Sequence record: OP292654.1
DNA: 64,000 nt
Strand: one strand, 5' to 3'
The position numbers were made by a program, and so were the translations under genes. The notes under the pieces are model-generated. The model did no database searches. It was given only the letters and a program-made list of their open reading frames with translations, and was not told where the DNA came from. Below, piece after piece: positions 1 through 8,424 of this stretch. Positions within the stretch are counted from its first letter, which is position 1; each line of letters begins with the position of its first letter.

Positions 1-900
1 TATCTGTTCCTGAAGTCCAATGAAAATCTCAGTACTGAAAAATCTAGAACTCACTTCAGCTAAAATCTGAAAAGTACTCTATCCTAAATCTCGATTCTAG
101 AAATTTTGAAGTACCTTTGACCCTCCAGCCTAAATCTCAATAGTACTCGAAATCATTTCTGTACTAGACTATCTCCGAAAGAATATAGAACAAGATGTTG
201 TAACTACAGTTCGAACCACCAGCATATATGTGTATATGTACAGTACTGTAAATGTATCCAGTACTAGAAGAAATATGAAAATAGTGCTGAAAAGGGCTTG
301 ACGGTACGGGGGCGATAGGGTAATATACACACATGGTTCAGGAGGTGGTTAATAGCTGCCAGTACTGAAGCCTAGCCTGGTTGGTGTAGACTGCCTGGTG
401 ACTTGAACCCTCGTGTTCATAGTTTTTCCTCCTTTCTTGCGTTGCTTAGGAAATTGAGTACTAAGCGTATTTGAGTAGCACTTGATGCACTTCGACAGTA
501 CTAGTATTGTGTTCTTGTAAGGTAGATATACCCTAGAGAGTATAGTACTAGTACTGTTAACTTTTAATTGAGAGAGTCCAAGATACGGATACAATTATAG
601 TACTGTATTGGTATTCGATAGACGGATTTATCCCGTCTGCTGTCAGAAGATGGATAGACTTCTGGAAGTGTAGATAGCTGGATGTATAGACGTATAGACG
701 GCTATCCTTCTGGACGGCTAAAAGGCTAGATGGCTATCCGTCTAGATGGCTAGACGTTTAGACGGCTAAATGGTTTTTCTGTCATTTTTCCATTAGCTCC
801 CCTTCCGCGTCTGGTTAGTACCAGGCAGAATCGAAAGCTGTCTTTTCGTGTTGACGTGGTTATATTATCATAGTGAGAGATGAATGCAAGTACTTTTTTC
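1..900. repeat. Non-coding, AGTACT-dense segment with clustered short TAGA(C/T)GGCTA-like repeats (~615-780); possible genome-terminal region
   Basis: No credible ORF; 11 AGTACT sites counted by hand in the first ~605 bp; repeated TAGACGG/TAGATGG/GGCTA words. Confidence 0.6.
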
Positions 901-913
901 AATAAAAATAAAT

Positions 914-945
914 TTGACAGATGAATCCTGGTTATAGTACTATAT
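914..945 (+). promoter_or_regulatory. sigma70-type early promoter
   Basis: TTGACA 914-919; TACTAT 938-943. Confidence 0.75.
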
Positions 946-952
946 CCACACA

Positions 953-993
953 CCAGCGAAATGGGCGACCCTAGAGGGTGGCAAGATCCGTCC
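953..993 (+). ncRNA. Two-hairpin promoter-proximal element, copy 1
   Basis: CCA-GCGAAA-TGG then ACCC-TAGA-GGGT-GGCAAGATCCGTCC; repeated about 10 times in 0.9-16.3 kb. Confidence 0.6.
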
Positions 994-1013
994 GTAGTTT
1001 TTTATATGAATTT

Positions 1014-1059
1014 TGGACGCAATTCCCCACCCCCTGGGGTTCCCGCTTTCTCGCGTCTA
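1014..1059 (-). ncRNA. Two-hairpin element, inverted copy convergent with copy 1
   Basis: Minus strand reads TAGACGCGAGAAAGCGGGAACCCCAGGGGGTGGGGAATTGCGTCCA. Confidence 0.5.
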
Positions 1060-1066
1060 TGTAGTT

Positions 1067-1095
1067 ATTATGCCAGTACTGAGATCATAACGCAA
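1067..1095 (-). promoter_or_regulatory. Minus-strand sigma70 promoter
   Basis: TTGCGT-N17-CATAAT on the minus strand. Confidence 0.65.
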
Positions 1096-1439
1096 GGACT
1101 TTCGACAATCTTTACAAAACTTTTTAGCCCTTCTATATACGCAATATAAAGGCCGTACAGCGTACCAGGAGATTATGTGTCTTAGTACTGTTAAAGGGCT
1201 TAGAACGCGATACAGGAAACAGTAAGTGCATATAAGGAAGGAAAACGAGGATCGAAAGTATTTTAAAGAAAAAGTGAAATAGTCCTTGCATGGTTCATTG
1301 GTTATGATAGTATAGCTCCAACGACAAGAAACACCGCTCTTTAAAAACCTGGCATTCATTACTGAAACAAACATTTACGCGGTTTCGCGAAAAAGATTTG
1401 AGAAAGTACTTGACTGCTGGATTGAGTAGTGTAGAATGT

Positions 1440-1600
1440 CAATTATCGAAAGGCGGTCAGGTTCGCCGGATGATAGGAAACGGAAACAGGGCTAGAATAG
1501 ATAGTACTGTTTCAGCGTATGACCGGATAAGGCAACGTAGCGTTATAAAGGCTAACTAACTGTTAGCGTCCTATCTACCGCCTGGAGATAAACGAAAAAA
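1440..1600 (+). ncRNA. Candidate structured RNA or leader
   Basis: Nested pairings AGGCGGT 1451-57/ACCGCCT 1577-83 and GATAGGA 1472-78/TCCTATC 1569-75; hairpin GCTAAC/GTTAGC 1551-67; downstream of a TTGACT...TAGAAT promoter (~1410-1437). Confidence 0.4.
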
Positions 1601-1725
1601 AAGTTTCTCGAAAGTTGAAAAAGTCCTTGACCGAAAGAAACGAAATGTAGTAAGATGTAATCACTGAGACGCAAGAGCGAATCAGACAAACAAATTAATC
1701 AATCACTTTTAAGAAGGTACATATC

Positions 1726-2427
1726 ATGGCTAAATCTAACAAAACTGTTGTTGCTTCTTCTGTTGAAACTGCTGTTAAAGCTCCGAAAGTAACCCTGAAC
1801 AGCATCGTCCTGGCGACTACTCCGGCTCTGCCAGCCCTGCCGGAAGGTCAGACCGAGCACACTGCCGAAGTACTGGCACAATTTGAAAGCGACGTGACCG
1901 CGTTTGTCAATACTCAGGCTCAGGCACTGGCTGATTACCTGGTAGACAAGTCGGACAGCGTAGAAATCATTTCCCGCCTGCTGGGTGCGACTGTGACGCT
2001 GATCCCTGCGGTACTGGAACGCGAAGCGGAAAACATCGCTAAACGCAAAGCAGAACGCGAAGCGAACCGCAACGCCGCGAAAGCTCAGCGTGAAGCCGAA
2101 GCCGCTGCCGCTCAAAAGGCACTGGAAGAAGAGAAGAAAGCAATGCTGAAACTTCTGCTCGATTCAGGCATGGATCTGACGATGGCGAAAGCAGCGGTTG
2201 AAGCTGGTGCGAAAGCGAAACTGAAAGCGGCTGCGGCTCCGGTTGTGTCTTACGAGCGTGTGACCGTTGAATATAACGGCAAGCAGTACGAAATGCCGGT
2301 AAAAGGTAACATGGGTAACGAACTGAAAGCAATTCTCGCAGAAAGCAAGCTCGACCGCGACGACTTTATCAAGCAATACAAAGTCGAAACCGAAAGCAAC
2401 GCTGAAACCGAAAACGCTGGCGAATAA
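1726..2427 (+). CDS. Ala/Lys-rich coiled-coil protein, possible H-NS/MvaT-like nucleoid protein
   Basis: Strong SD (AAGAAGG), highly expressed-type codon use, long charged helix, C-terminal ...LAESKLDRDDFI; function is inferred. Confidence 0.85.
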   Translation: MAKSNKTVVASSVETAVKAPKVTLNSIVLATTPALPALPEGQTEHTAEVLAQFESDVTAFVNTQAQALADYLVDKSDSVEIISRLLGATVTLIPAVLEREAENIAKRKAEREANRNAAKAQREAEAAAAQKALEEEKKAMLKLLLDSGMDLTMAKAAVEAGAKAKLKAAAAPVVSYERVTVEYNGKQYEMPVKGNMGNELKAILAESKLDRDDFIKQYKVETESNAETENAGE

Positions 2428-2442
2428 TCCCACGGCGTAAAA

Positions 2443-2465
2443 TAAGGGGGCTAAATGCCCCCTTA
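2443..2465 (+). terminator. Intrinsic terminator-like hairpin
   Basis: TAAGGGGGC-TAAAT-GCCCCCTTA directly after the ORF. Confidence 0.65.
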
Positions 2466-2470
2466 AGCAC

Positions 2471-2514
2471 TTCTAACAGTACTGTAATACAATCGGGTAA
2501 CAGTACTGTTAGAA
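2471..2514. repeat. Perfect 15-bp inverted repeat with AGTACT in each arm
   Basis: TTCTAACAGTACTGT 2471-85 / ACAGTACTGTTAGAA 2500-14. Confidence 0.9.
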
Positions 2515-2572
2515 ACGCTTAGAATCAATCCTAGAGCGTTTTAGATACCCTTTTAATTGAGAGTAAACGCCT

Positions 2573-2842
2573 ATGGAACTTAAAGCAATATCAGACCTGA
2601 TTGATCCACGTACCAGGATCGCAAAGACAATGACGGCAACGGGGCCGCGTACTACAGAGTTTAGCGGCTATCTTGCCTTTGTAGTTGGTGGCGTACTGGT
2701 ACAGCGTCGGATCTATGATATGCCTTACAATCATCAATTTGATTCGTGTATGTATATCATTCACAAGAAAGTAAACTATGCCGTAAATCTTCCATGTAAG
2801 CCCATTAGCGGGGCTTTTAACGTAGAATCATTAAAGGCATAA
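2573..2842 (+). CDS. Hypothetical early protein
   Basis: ORF with GAGAG SD-like signal. Confidence 0.65.
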   Translation: MELKAISDLIDPRTRIAKTMTATGPRTTEFSGYLAFVVGGVLVQRRIYDMPYNHQFDSCMYIIHKKVNYAVNLPCKPISGAFNVESLKA

Positions 2843-2982
2843 GCTAACATACAAAACCCCTTAGAACTCGTCACATAGCGTTTTATAAGGGGTTTTATTT
2901 TTGCATCAAAAAAGTAAATTAGTACTTGCATAGTTCGTTCGAATATGGATAATAGAACTTATCGAAACGAGGAGAAACAAAA

Positions 2983-3645
2983 ATGAACTTATTTAAGTTA
3001 GAGCAATATAGAATGGTTCTGGAAGTACTGGAACAAATGAAAGATTGTTTAGACCGTGGCGAGACTTACACTAATGTTAAAGGCAAGCCGTTTAACGTTA
3101 CTCGTCAGTTTGGTATCTGCTGGCACGTATACGCCCATACGCCTAACCAAAAGATGACAGGGATCGGCACTGACTTTATGTGTGGTGCGTTCGCTGAAAT
3201 GGGGTTAGATTCTGCCTATCCGGTAGAGGGACAAAGTACTATCAATCGCGATCATATGCGTATTGCGTTCACTGCTCAGCGTAACTTGTACGACGACGAC
3301 ACGATCCACGGTGCGAACCGGATCAAGCTGGTGGACCGTCTGATTCAGTACTACCGCGAAAAGATGGAAACGCCTGTTAGTGAAACAATGTACCAGCATT
3401 ACTATAACCTTGCGTTATCAGAAATGAAATGGCGTGATACAGCTAACGAGGCTGTTTGGGATGTTCTGGATTTTGAGAACAATCAGATCTGGCCTAGCCT
3501 GGCCGCCTTGATTGTACAGGAAGATCCAACCCTGGGGGAAGTACTGGAAAACTCTGATATTAACTACCCGGACGATCTGACACTGGAAAACATTGTCACG
3601 ACTAACTTACAGGAACGGATTCAGGAAGCGTTAGAAAAGTTATAA
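2983..3645 (+). CDS. Hypothetical early protein
   Basis: GAGGAG SD, upstream promoter. Confidence 0.85.
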   Translation: MNLFKLEQYRMVLEVLEQMKDCLDRGETYTNVKGKPFNVTRQFGICWHVYAHTPNQKMTGIGTDFMCGAFAEMGLDSAYPVEGQSTINRDHMRIAFTAQRNLYDDDTIHGANRIKLVDRLIQYYREKMETPVSETMYQHYYNLALSEMKWRDTANEAVWDVLDFENNQIWPSLAALIVQEDPTLGEVLENSDINYPDDLTLENIVTTNLQERIQEALEKL

Positions 3646-3656
3646 TCTTTACAATT

Positions 3657-3692
3657 TAGGGCTTGACCGTTTCAAGCCCTATATAGTACTAT
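3657..3692 (+). promoter_or_regulatory. Terminator hairpin containing the -35 of the next promoter
   Basis: TAGGGCTTGA-CCGTT-TCAAGCCCTA followed by TAGTACTAT. Confidence 0.7.
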
Positions 3693-3724
3693 GTCAGTAC
3701 ACCAACAAACGGAGCAAAACGAAA

Positions 3725-4066
3725 ATGATGAGATTAAGCGAACTGAAAGGCGTACTTTTCCAACTGGAACAAATCGCACACAAAAGAGGGAACATTGATC
3801 CGATTGTGGAATTGTTCAACGATGATCTTTACGTTGAAGTAGATCTCCAGGCAATCGCAGATGATCCAGAAGGGCAATTGTTGCGTAACGGTACTATTCA
3901 CCTACCAACAAAAGAAATCGTGCGTCGTGGTTTCGCGATAACCTACGGCACGGATCGCGGCGAGGACTCAATCATAATTGACGCCGAAAGTAAAGCCCAG
4001 GCCGAACAATTATTCAAGAAACATTTTAGTTCATACGAATTAAAATTAGTCATCGAAGCAATGTAA
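3725..4066 (+). CDS. Hypothetical early protein
   Basis: GGAG SD, own promoter. Confidence 0.8.
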   Translation: MMRLSELKGVLFQLEQIAHKRGNIDPIVELFNDDLYVEVDLQAIADDPEGQLLRNGTIHLPTKEIVRRGFAITYGTDRGEDSIIIDAESKAQAEQLFKKHFSSYELKLVIEAM

Positions 4067-4080
4067 ATCTTTACAAAACA

Positions 4081-4120
4081 GGGGTTGACTTCGGTTAGCC
4101 CCTTATGTTAAAGTACTATC
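4081..4120 (+). promoter_or_regulatory. Terminator/promoter fusion with cUUCGg hairpin
   Basis: GGGGTTGAC-TTCG-GTTAGCCCC; TTGACT at 4085. Confidence 0.75.
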
Positions 4121-4123
4121 AAT

Positions 4124-4165
4124 CCAGCGAAATGGTCTAACCCACAAGGGTGGGAAGATCCGTCC
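4124..4165 (+). ncRNA. Two-hairpin element, copy 2
   Basis: CCA-GCGAAA-TGG; ACCC-ACAA-GGGT; GGGAAGATCCGTCC. Confidence 0.6.
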
Positions 4166-4185
4166 AGTGATTTTTATATGAATTT

Positions 4186-4230
4186 TAGACAGATCTTCCC
4201 ACTCTCTAGAGTCTCCCGTTTCGCCGGTAT
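4186..4230 (-). ncRNA. Two-hairpin element, inverted copy convergent with copy 2
   Basis: Minus strand: CCG-GCGAAA-CGG and ACTC-TAGA-GAGT (compensatory changes); promoter TTGCTT-N17-CATAAT at 4237-4265. Confidence 0.6.
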
Positions 4231-4329
4231 GTGGTAATTATGCCAGTACTGAAAAAGAAAAGCAAGGAAAAAGAATCGAAAAAAAGTAATTAAATCGCTT
4301 GATCGGTTCTGTGGTTATGATAATATAGC

Positions 4330-4645
4330 TACATCGAAACGACACGGCGAGCCGCCAAAGGAGTTAAGATTTGAACCATCAGGCTGATATCCTGGTGGCA
4401 GTACGTAGAACCCTAAGACGTATAGCGAACCAATAAGACTATACCAGGAATCACAAAGCGAAAGCACATCTATAAGGTGATTGTGATTAGTACTGAAAGA
4501 TTATCAGGTACTTAATAAATTAAACAAACTACTTATTAAATAGCCGCGTAGGTGTGAAGTTCTAATATCGCATTCGTGCCGTGTTAGACGTTCCGAAAGG
4601 AAACCGATTCACCAATTAATGCCCCTCATGCCAGGGGCATTTTTT
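4330..4645 (+). ncRNA. Candidate ~300-nt structured RNA with its own promoter and terminator
   Basis: ACACGGC 4342-48/GCCGTGT 4578-84; TCCTGGT/ACCAGGA; AATCACAA/TTGTGATT; TTCC-GAAA-GGAA 4591-4602; terminator 4618-4645. Confidence 0.55.
4618..4645 (+). terminator. Intrinsic terminator
   Basis: AATGCCCCT/AGGGGCATT plus T-run. Confidence 0.85.
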
Positions 4646-4745
4646 GTTTTAAAATAAAGTAAATTAAAACGAGATAGTACTTGATCATAAATGTGTATGC
4701 TGTATAATTACCTATATCGAAACAGCACTATTAAGGATTTAAAAA

Positions 4746-5129
4746 ATGACCAGAACTGTTTTTCGTACTGTTAAGTTAGAAGATGTTAAGGGCGTTACTA
4801 TCACGGCGAATCGTTGGTTTAATCGTGGCGATGGTAACACATATCATTCTGTTTATTTGGGTGTGTTGATTCCCGTTGAACGTGCTAACGAGTTAGGAGC
4901 TAATTTATATAAGCGTCCTATTTCAGATGGTACTGTATGGATCGACCTGGCACAAGAAACATTCGAATATGGTTACGAGCGTTGTTATGATCAAACGGCA
5001 TTAGCATTGTTTGATGCGGGTTGTTCTGATACAATCGCAGACACTGGAACCCTATCGCGTTTTTGTCGTGAATCAGGGATCGAATTTGCGGAAAATGTTC
5101 ACGATGTTAAACGAAAAAAAGATTTATAA
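4746..5129 (+). CDS. Hypothetical early protein
   Basis: AAGGA SD, upstream promoter with TATAAT. Confidence 0.85.
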   Translation: MTRTVFRTVKLEDVKGVTITANRWFNRGDGNTYHSVYLGVLIPVERANELGANLYKRPISDGTVWIDLAQETFEYGYERCYDQTALALFDAGCSDTIADTGTLSRFCRESGIEFAENVHDVKRKKDL

Positions 5130-5206
5130 TTGATTGTCAAAAGTACTTGCTTATTACGTGCGAGTACTTTACAATGAGTTATCACTTAAGCGAACGAGGT
5201 TTTAAA

Positions 5207-5392
5207 ATGAAAACTGTTAGACCTACCTGGGGTAATGTGGAATGGCCTTTGTTCACTCAGGAGAACGCGAACAAATGCCCTACGGCTCGTTATGTTGGCG
5301 GCATTTCTCGTTGGCTGTGCGAGTGCCGTTTGCCTCGCGAATGTAACGGAATTATTGCGGTAAACGCAATCAAGGCGGTGAAGCATGGCTAA
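5207..5392 (+). CDS. Small hypothetical protein
   Basis: GAGG SD before ATG 5207 (start moved from 5147). Confidence 0.65.
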   Translation: MKTVRPTWGNVEWPLFTQENANKCPTARYVGGISRWLCECRLPRECNGIIAVNAIKAVKHG

Positions 5393-5567
5393 ACAATACG
5401 CAATCGGGTTAGGTAGCAAGGCTTATCCTATTCCGGCAAAGTCAGAACGTGGGGCAAAGAATGCCGCTACTCGCCGTGCTGCTGATAGTGTAGGATATAT
5501 CAGTACTATCAGCAATATGTACATTGAAACACATACGTTTCATAATGGACGCTGGAAACCTGTATAA
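5385..5567 (+). CDS. Small basic hypothetical protein
   Basis: Overlaps the preceding stop; GGTG SD. Confidence 0.7.
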   Translation: MAKQYAIGLGSKAYPIPAKSERGAKNAATRRAADSVGYISTISNMYIETHTFHNGRWKPV

Positions 5568-5623
5568 TCTTTACAAAAGAGGGGTTGACTATTCAATCCC
5601 TTTTATAGTATTATGTATTCACT

Positions 5624-5665
5624 CCAGCGAAATGGACTAACCCTATAGGGTGGCTAAATGCGTCC
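5624..5665 (+). ncRNA. Two-hairpin element, copy 3
   Basis: TCCA-GCGAAA-TGGA; ACCC-TATA-GGGT; follows hairpin-promoter at 5581. Confidence 0.6.
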
Positions 5666-5758
5666 TGAAAATATTATAAATTAAATCGCAAATAGTACTT
5701 GCTTTGTTTGTTGGTTATGGTAATATCTTTATATCAGATACTCTTTGAGGTTAAGAAA

Positions 5759-6340
5759 ATGCGTTACTGGAAAAACTTTGTTAATAGCTTACACAATAGA
5801 ACCAATGATGAAATTATTTCTATGTGTAAATCTGCTGGTCTACAACAATTAGGCAAAGTTAACAAATGGTCTAGTAGAATTGTATTTGCTATAAATGATA
5901 ATTGGGTTATCAAAATCTGTCTATCCGAAATTGGGGTAGAACAAAATGAATGCGAATACCGGTTATGGGATTCTTTAAGTATCGGATGCGAACATTATAA
6001 AAAGTACTTTGCTAAACTTTATCCTGAAATGTGTGATACTGTTGAATATCGTTTTATTGTTATGCAACGTTTAACTAATAGTACTGAAACAAAGAAAGGG
6101 TTAATAGCAGCCGCGAAACGCTATAGCCCAAATACAAAAAAATTCCGTAATGCTATAAAAGATATTGATTTACATTCTGATTTGTGTAACGAGGGAGACA
6201 TTAAAGCATCTAATTTAGGTAAGGATAAAAACGGAAAAATCAAGCTGTTAGACTATGGCTGTAGTCGTAAAGTGGTAAATGCTTTTTATCGGGCACGGTG
6301 GAATAATGACACTGCGAAAGTAATAAAAACTACAATTTAA
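5759..6340 (+). CDS. Hanks-type/PKL-fold protein kinase-like protein
   Basis: Motifs in order: SSRIVF, WVIKI, alphaC E, DIKASNLG, KLLDYG; start moved to ATG 5759 after GAGG. Confidence 0.75.
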   Translation: MRYWKNFVNSLHNRTNDEIISMCKSAGLQQLGKVNKWSSRIVFAINDNWVIKICLSEIGVEQNECEYRLWDSLSIGCEHYKKYFAKLYPEMCDTVEYRFIVMQRLTNSTETKKGLIAAAKRYSPNTKKFRNAIKDIDLHSDLCNEGDIKASNLGKDKNGKIKLLDYGCSRKVVNAFYRARWNNDTAKVIKTTI

Positions 6341-6401
6341 ACTTGCGTTATATGTCAGATTCAAGTACTATGTAATCACACTAAACGATAGGAGCTACAC
6401 A

Positions 6402-6779
6402 ATGAATAAGATCTTCGCAATCCAGGCTGACATTGTAGGTGCACTTTCCCATATCGAAATGATGGGGAAAACAAAAGCTGAATGTCAAAAAGAAGTTGAC
6501 AGATTGAATAAACGCATCAGTACTGAATTGTCATTAGTACGGGAACGTTTCGCCTGTACTACCCTGATTACTTCTATGTTGTGCGTTGTGAATCAGAATA
6601 AAATGTGCCTCGCGTATGAATACAAGGGCAAGCTTTACAGTACTGCTCACAATGTTAAGGGAATGGCAAATACTAACGTTTTACATGATCTCGGTTTACC
6701 TATGGCTGAATGGGATAAGATGCCAAAATTCAGCGTCTGGATCGCATCAGGTAACGTTTACGATAAGTCGGACGTGTAA
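6402..6779 (+). CDS. Hypothetical early protein
   Basis: AGGAG SD. Confidence 0.8.
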   Translation: MNKIFAIQADIVGALSHIEMMGKTKAECQKEVDRLNKRISTELSLVRERFACTTLITSMLCVVNQNKMCLAYEYKGKLYSTAHNVKGMANTNVLHDLGLPMAEWDKMPKFSVWIASGNVYDKSDV

Positions 6780-7068
6780 CCTATAGGGGGCATATTGCCC
6801 CCTCTTAAAACGTGTTGTAGGGGCTTTATGGATCTATTCTATAGTACTAAACGATTAGTTGTAATTTTTACTTGTAGTTCTGATTCGATTTGTTGTATAA
6901 TCTATCGCAAGGGGCAACGGGTAGATAATTGGACTCAGTTACAATCCTATACAATGAAACGGCCAGGCTTTAAACGTCTGGATGACAAAGGCAAAGTGTT
7001 AGCGTGTCGCATGGTACTAAAAGCAATGCGTAATCGTATGACACAATCACTTAAGGTAACGTTAGAAA

Positions 7069-7377
7069 ATGTCTGATAATATTGATAACTTCGCGAAAGC
7101 ATTTACTTATACAACTACTTTCCAGGATGCAACTGGTAATAGAACAGTTGAATGTGATAATGTGTGCCTGGTTAGTCATGGGTACAATCCAGAAGAGATC
7201 TTTACTTCCTGGTTACATGCTGTTAATGTTCGTTATCAGTACGGAAAAGTAATCACCGTACAGGAAGCATTAGCTTTACCTGCTGGTAAAAATCACTTAT
7301 CACTTAAAGGTAAAGTCGATCTTATTGGTGATACTGCTCAATACATCACACATACCACGGCGATCCGTGATTTGTAA
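7069..7377 (+). CDS. Hypothetical protein
   Basis: ORF with AAGG SD. Confidence 0.75.
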   Translation: MSDNIDNFAKAFTYTTTFQDATGNRTVECDNVCLVSHGYNPEEIFTSWLHAVNVRYQYGKVITVQEALALPAGKNHLSLKGKVDLIGDTAQYITHTTAIRDL

Positions 7378-7433
7378 AGTACTAAAAATAGGGGTTGACT
7401 TCGGTTAGCCCTTTGTAGTATTATGTAATCACT

Positions 7434-7475
7434 CCAGCGAAATGGACTAACCCTATAGGGTGGCAAGATCCGTCC
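7434..7475 (+). ncRNA. Two-hairpin element, copy 4 (consensus)
   Basis: CCAGCGAAATGGACTAACCCTATAGGGTGGCAAGATCCGTCC after hairpin-promoter at 7391. Confidence 0.6.
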
Positions 7476-7650
7476 AAAAAAAAGTTATAAATTAAAATGA
7501 AAATAGTACTTGCTTTGTTTGTTCAATGTGGTAATATGTATCACATGGAAGGGCAAGTGAGGATAAAGAAATGAGTCGTAAAGTAGAGTTTCTTTTGTTT
7601 ATCTTTATTGTTATAATGCTATCTGTCGAATTTAATTAAGAGGATATATC

Positions 7651-7881
7651 ATGGCACAGTTTAAAGCAACAGTAACCACTACCGGAATTGGCACAGCGGG
7701 AACTGATACCGTTTTAGTACTGACAGAATATCATAATCTGGAAGACGCAAGCCGATTAATTCAGTTATGGGCAAATGATCAGTATCATGGTAATATTGCT
7801 GTTTGTACTGAAAAACTGAATAACAGCAATGAAGTGTTTGTGTCTGATTTATCAGGTTATCACAAAGTTATTTTGTTGTAA
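7651..7881 (+). CDS. Hypothetical protein
   Basis: GAGG SD. Confidence 0.8.
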   Translation: MAQFKATVTTTGIGTAGTDTVLVLTEYHNLEDASRLIQLWANDQYHGNIAVCTEKLNNSNEVFVSDLSGYHKVILL

Positions 7882-7969
7882 ATCCATTAATAGTACTTGC
7901 TTTCCTTCTGCGAGTACTATATAATGAACTTACTGAAACGCAATAACCATTAATTAAGAGGAAGTTATC

Positions 7970-8173
7970 ATGGCTCAGAAAGATCGTCGTTACTCAATCG
8001 TAGCAGAGTTCACTGGTCACGTATCAGGCAAGAAACGTTTTGTTATTCGTTTCGAAGGTACTCGCGTTTCCGATCATGCGTCACGTCACGAAGCGGAGCA
8101 AGAAGTAAGCCGCTTTAAGAAGTCCGGCCAGGTTCCAAATGTCCAGGGTTCTCGTGTGCTGGTGGAGGCGTAA
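7970..8173 (+). CDS. Small basic hypothetical protein
   Basis: GAGG SD, promoter with TATAAT. Confidence 0.8.
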   Translation: MAQKDRRYSIVAEFTGHVSGKKRFVIRFEGTRVSDHASRHEAEQEVSRFKKSGQVPNVQGSRVLVEA

Positions 8174-8175
8174 CA

Positions 8176-8367
8176 ATGGCTATCCAGATGGTGAAACGTG
8201 AATACACTATCGGCAACGATGATAACACGGATCATCGGTTGAATCTGCTGGATGTTATCAGTACTGTACCGGATTTGACCAACGATGAATTGTGTGCTAT
8301 CATCGATCTGGAAGTGGGAACATCAATTGATATTGATACTAATATCAAAGTGATCCGCACGGCGTAA
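8176..8367 (+). CDS. Small acidic hypothetical protein
   Basis: GGAGG SD. Confidence 0.8.
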   Translation: MAIQMVKREYTIGNDDNTDHRLNLLDVISTVPDLTNDELCAIIDLEVGTSIDIDTNIKVIRTA

Positions 8368-8424
8368 AACATAAAGTACTGGTGAAATATCCAGTACTGT
8401 TTTTATGTACAGCATTATAATTTT

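Noticed and set aside
961-1149. ORFs 961-1149 and 8405-8632 sharing PPxGVPAFSRLCS
   Set aside because: The shared peptide simply reflects the repeated non-coding element; neither has an SD, so they are treated as spurious.
4525-4580. AGCCG...GTGAAG resembling group II intron domain V
   Set aside because: The complementary CGGTT 3' arm and the domain VI/branch features are missing.
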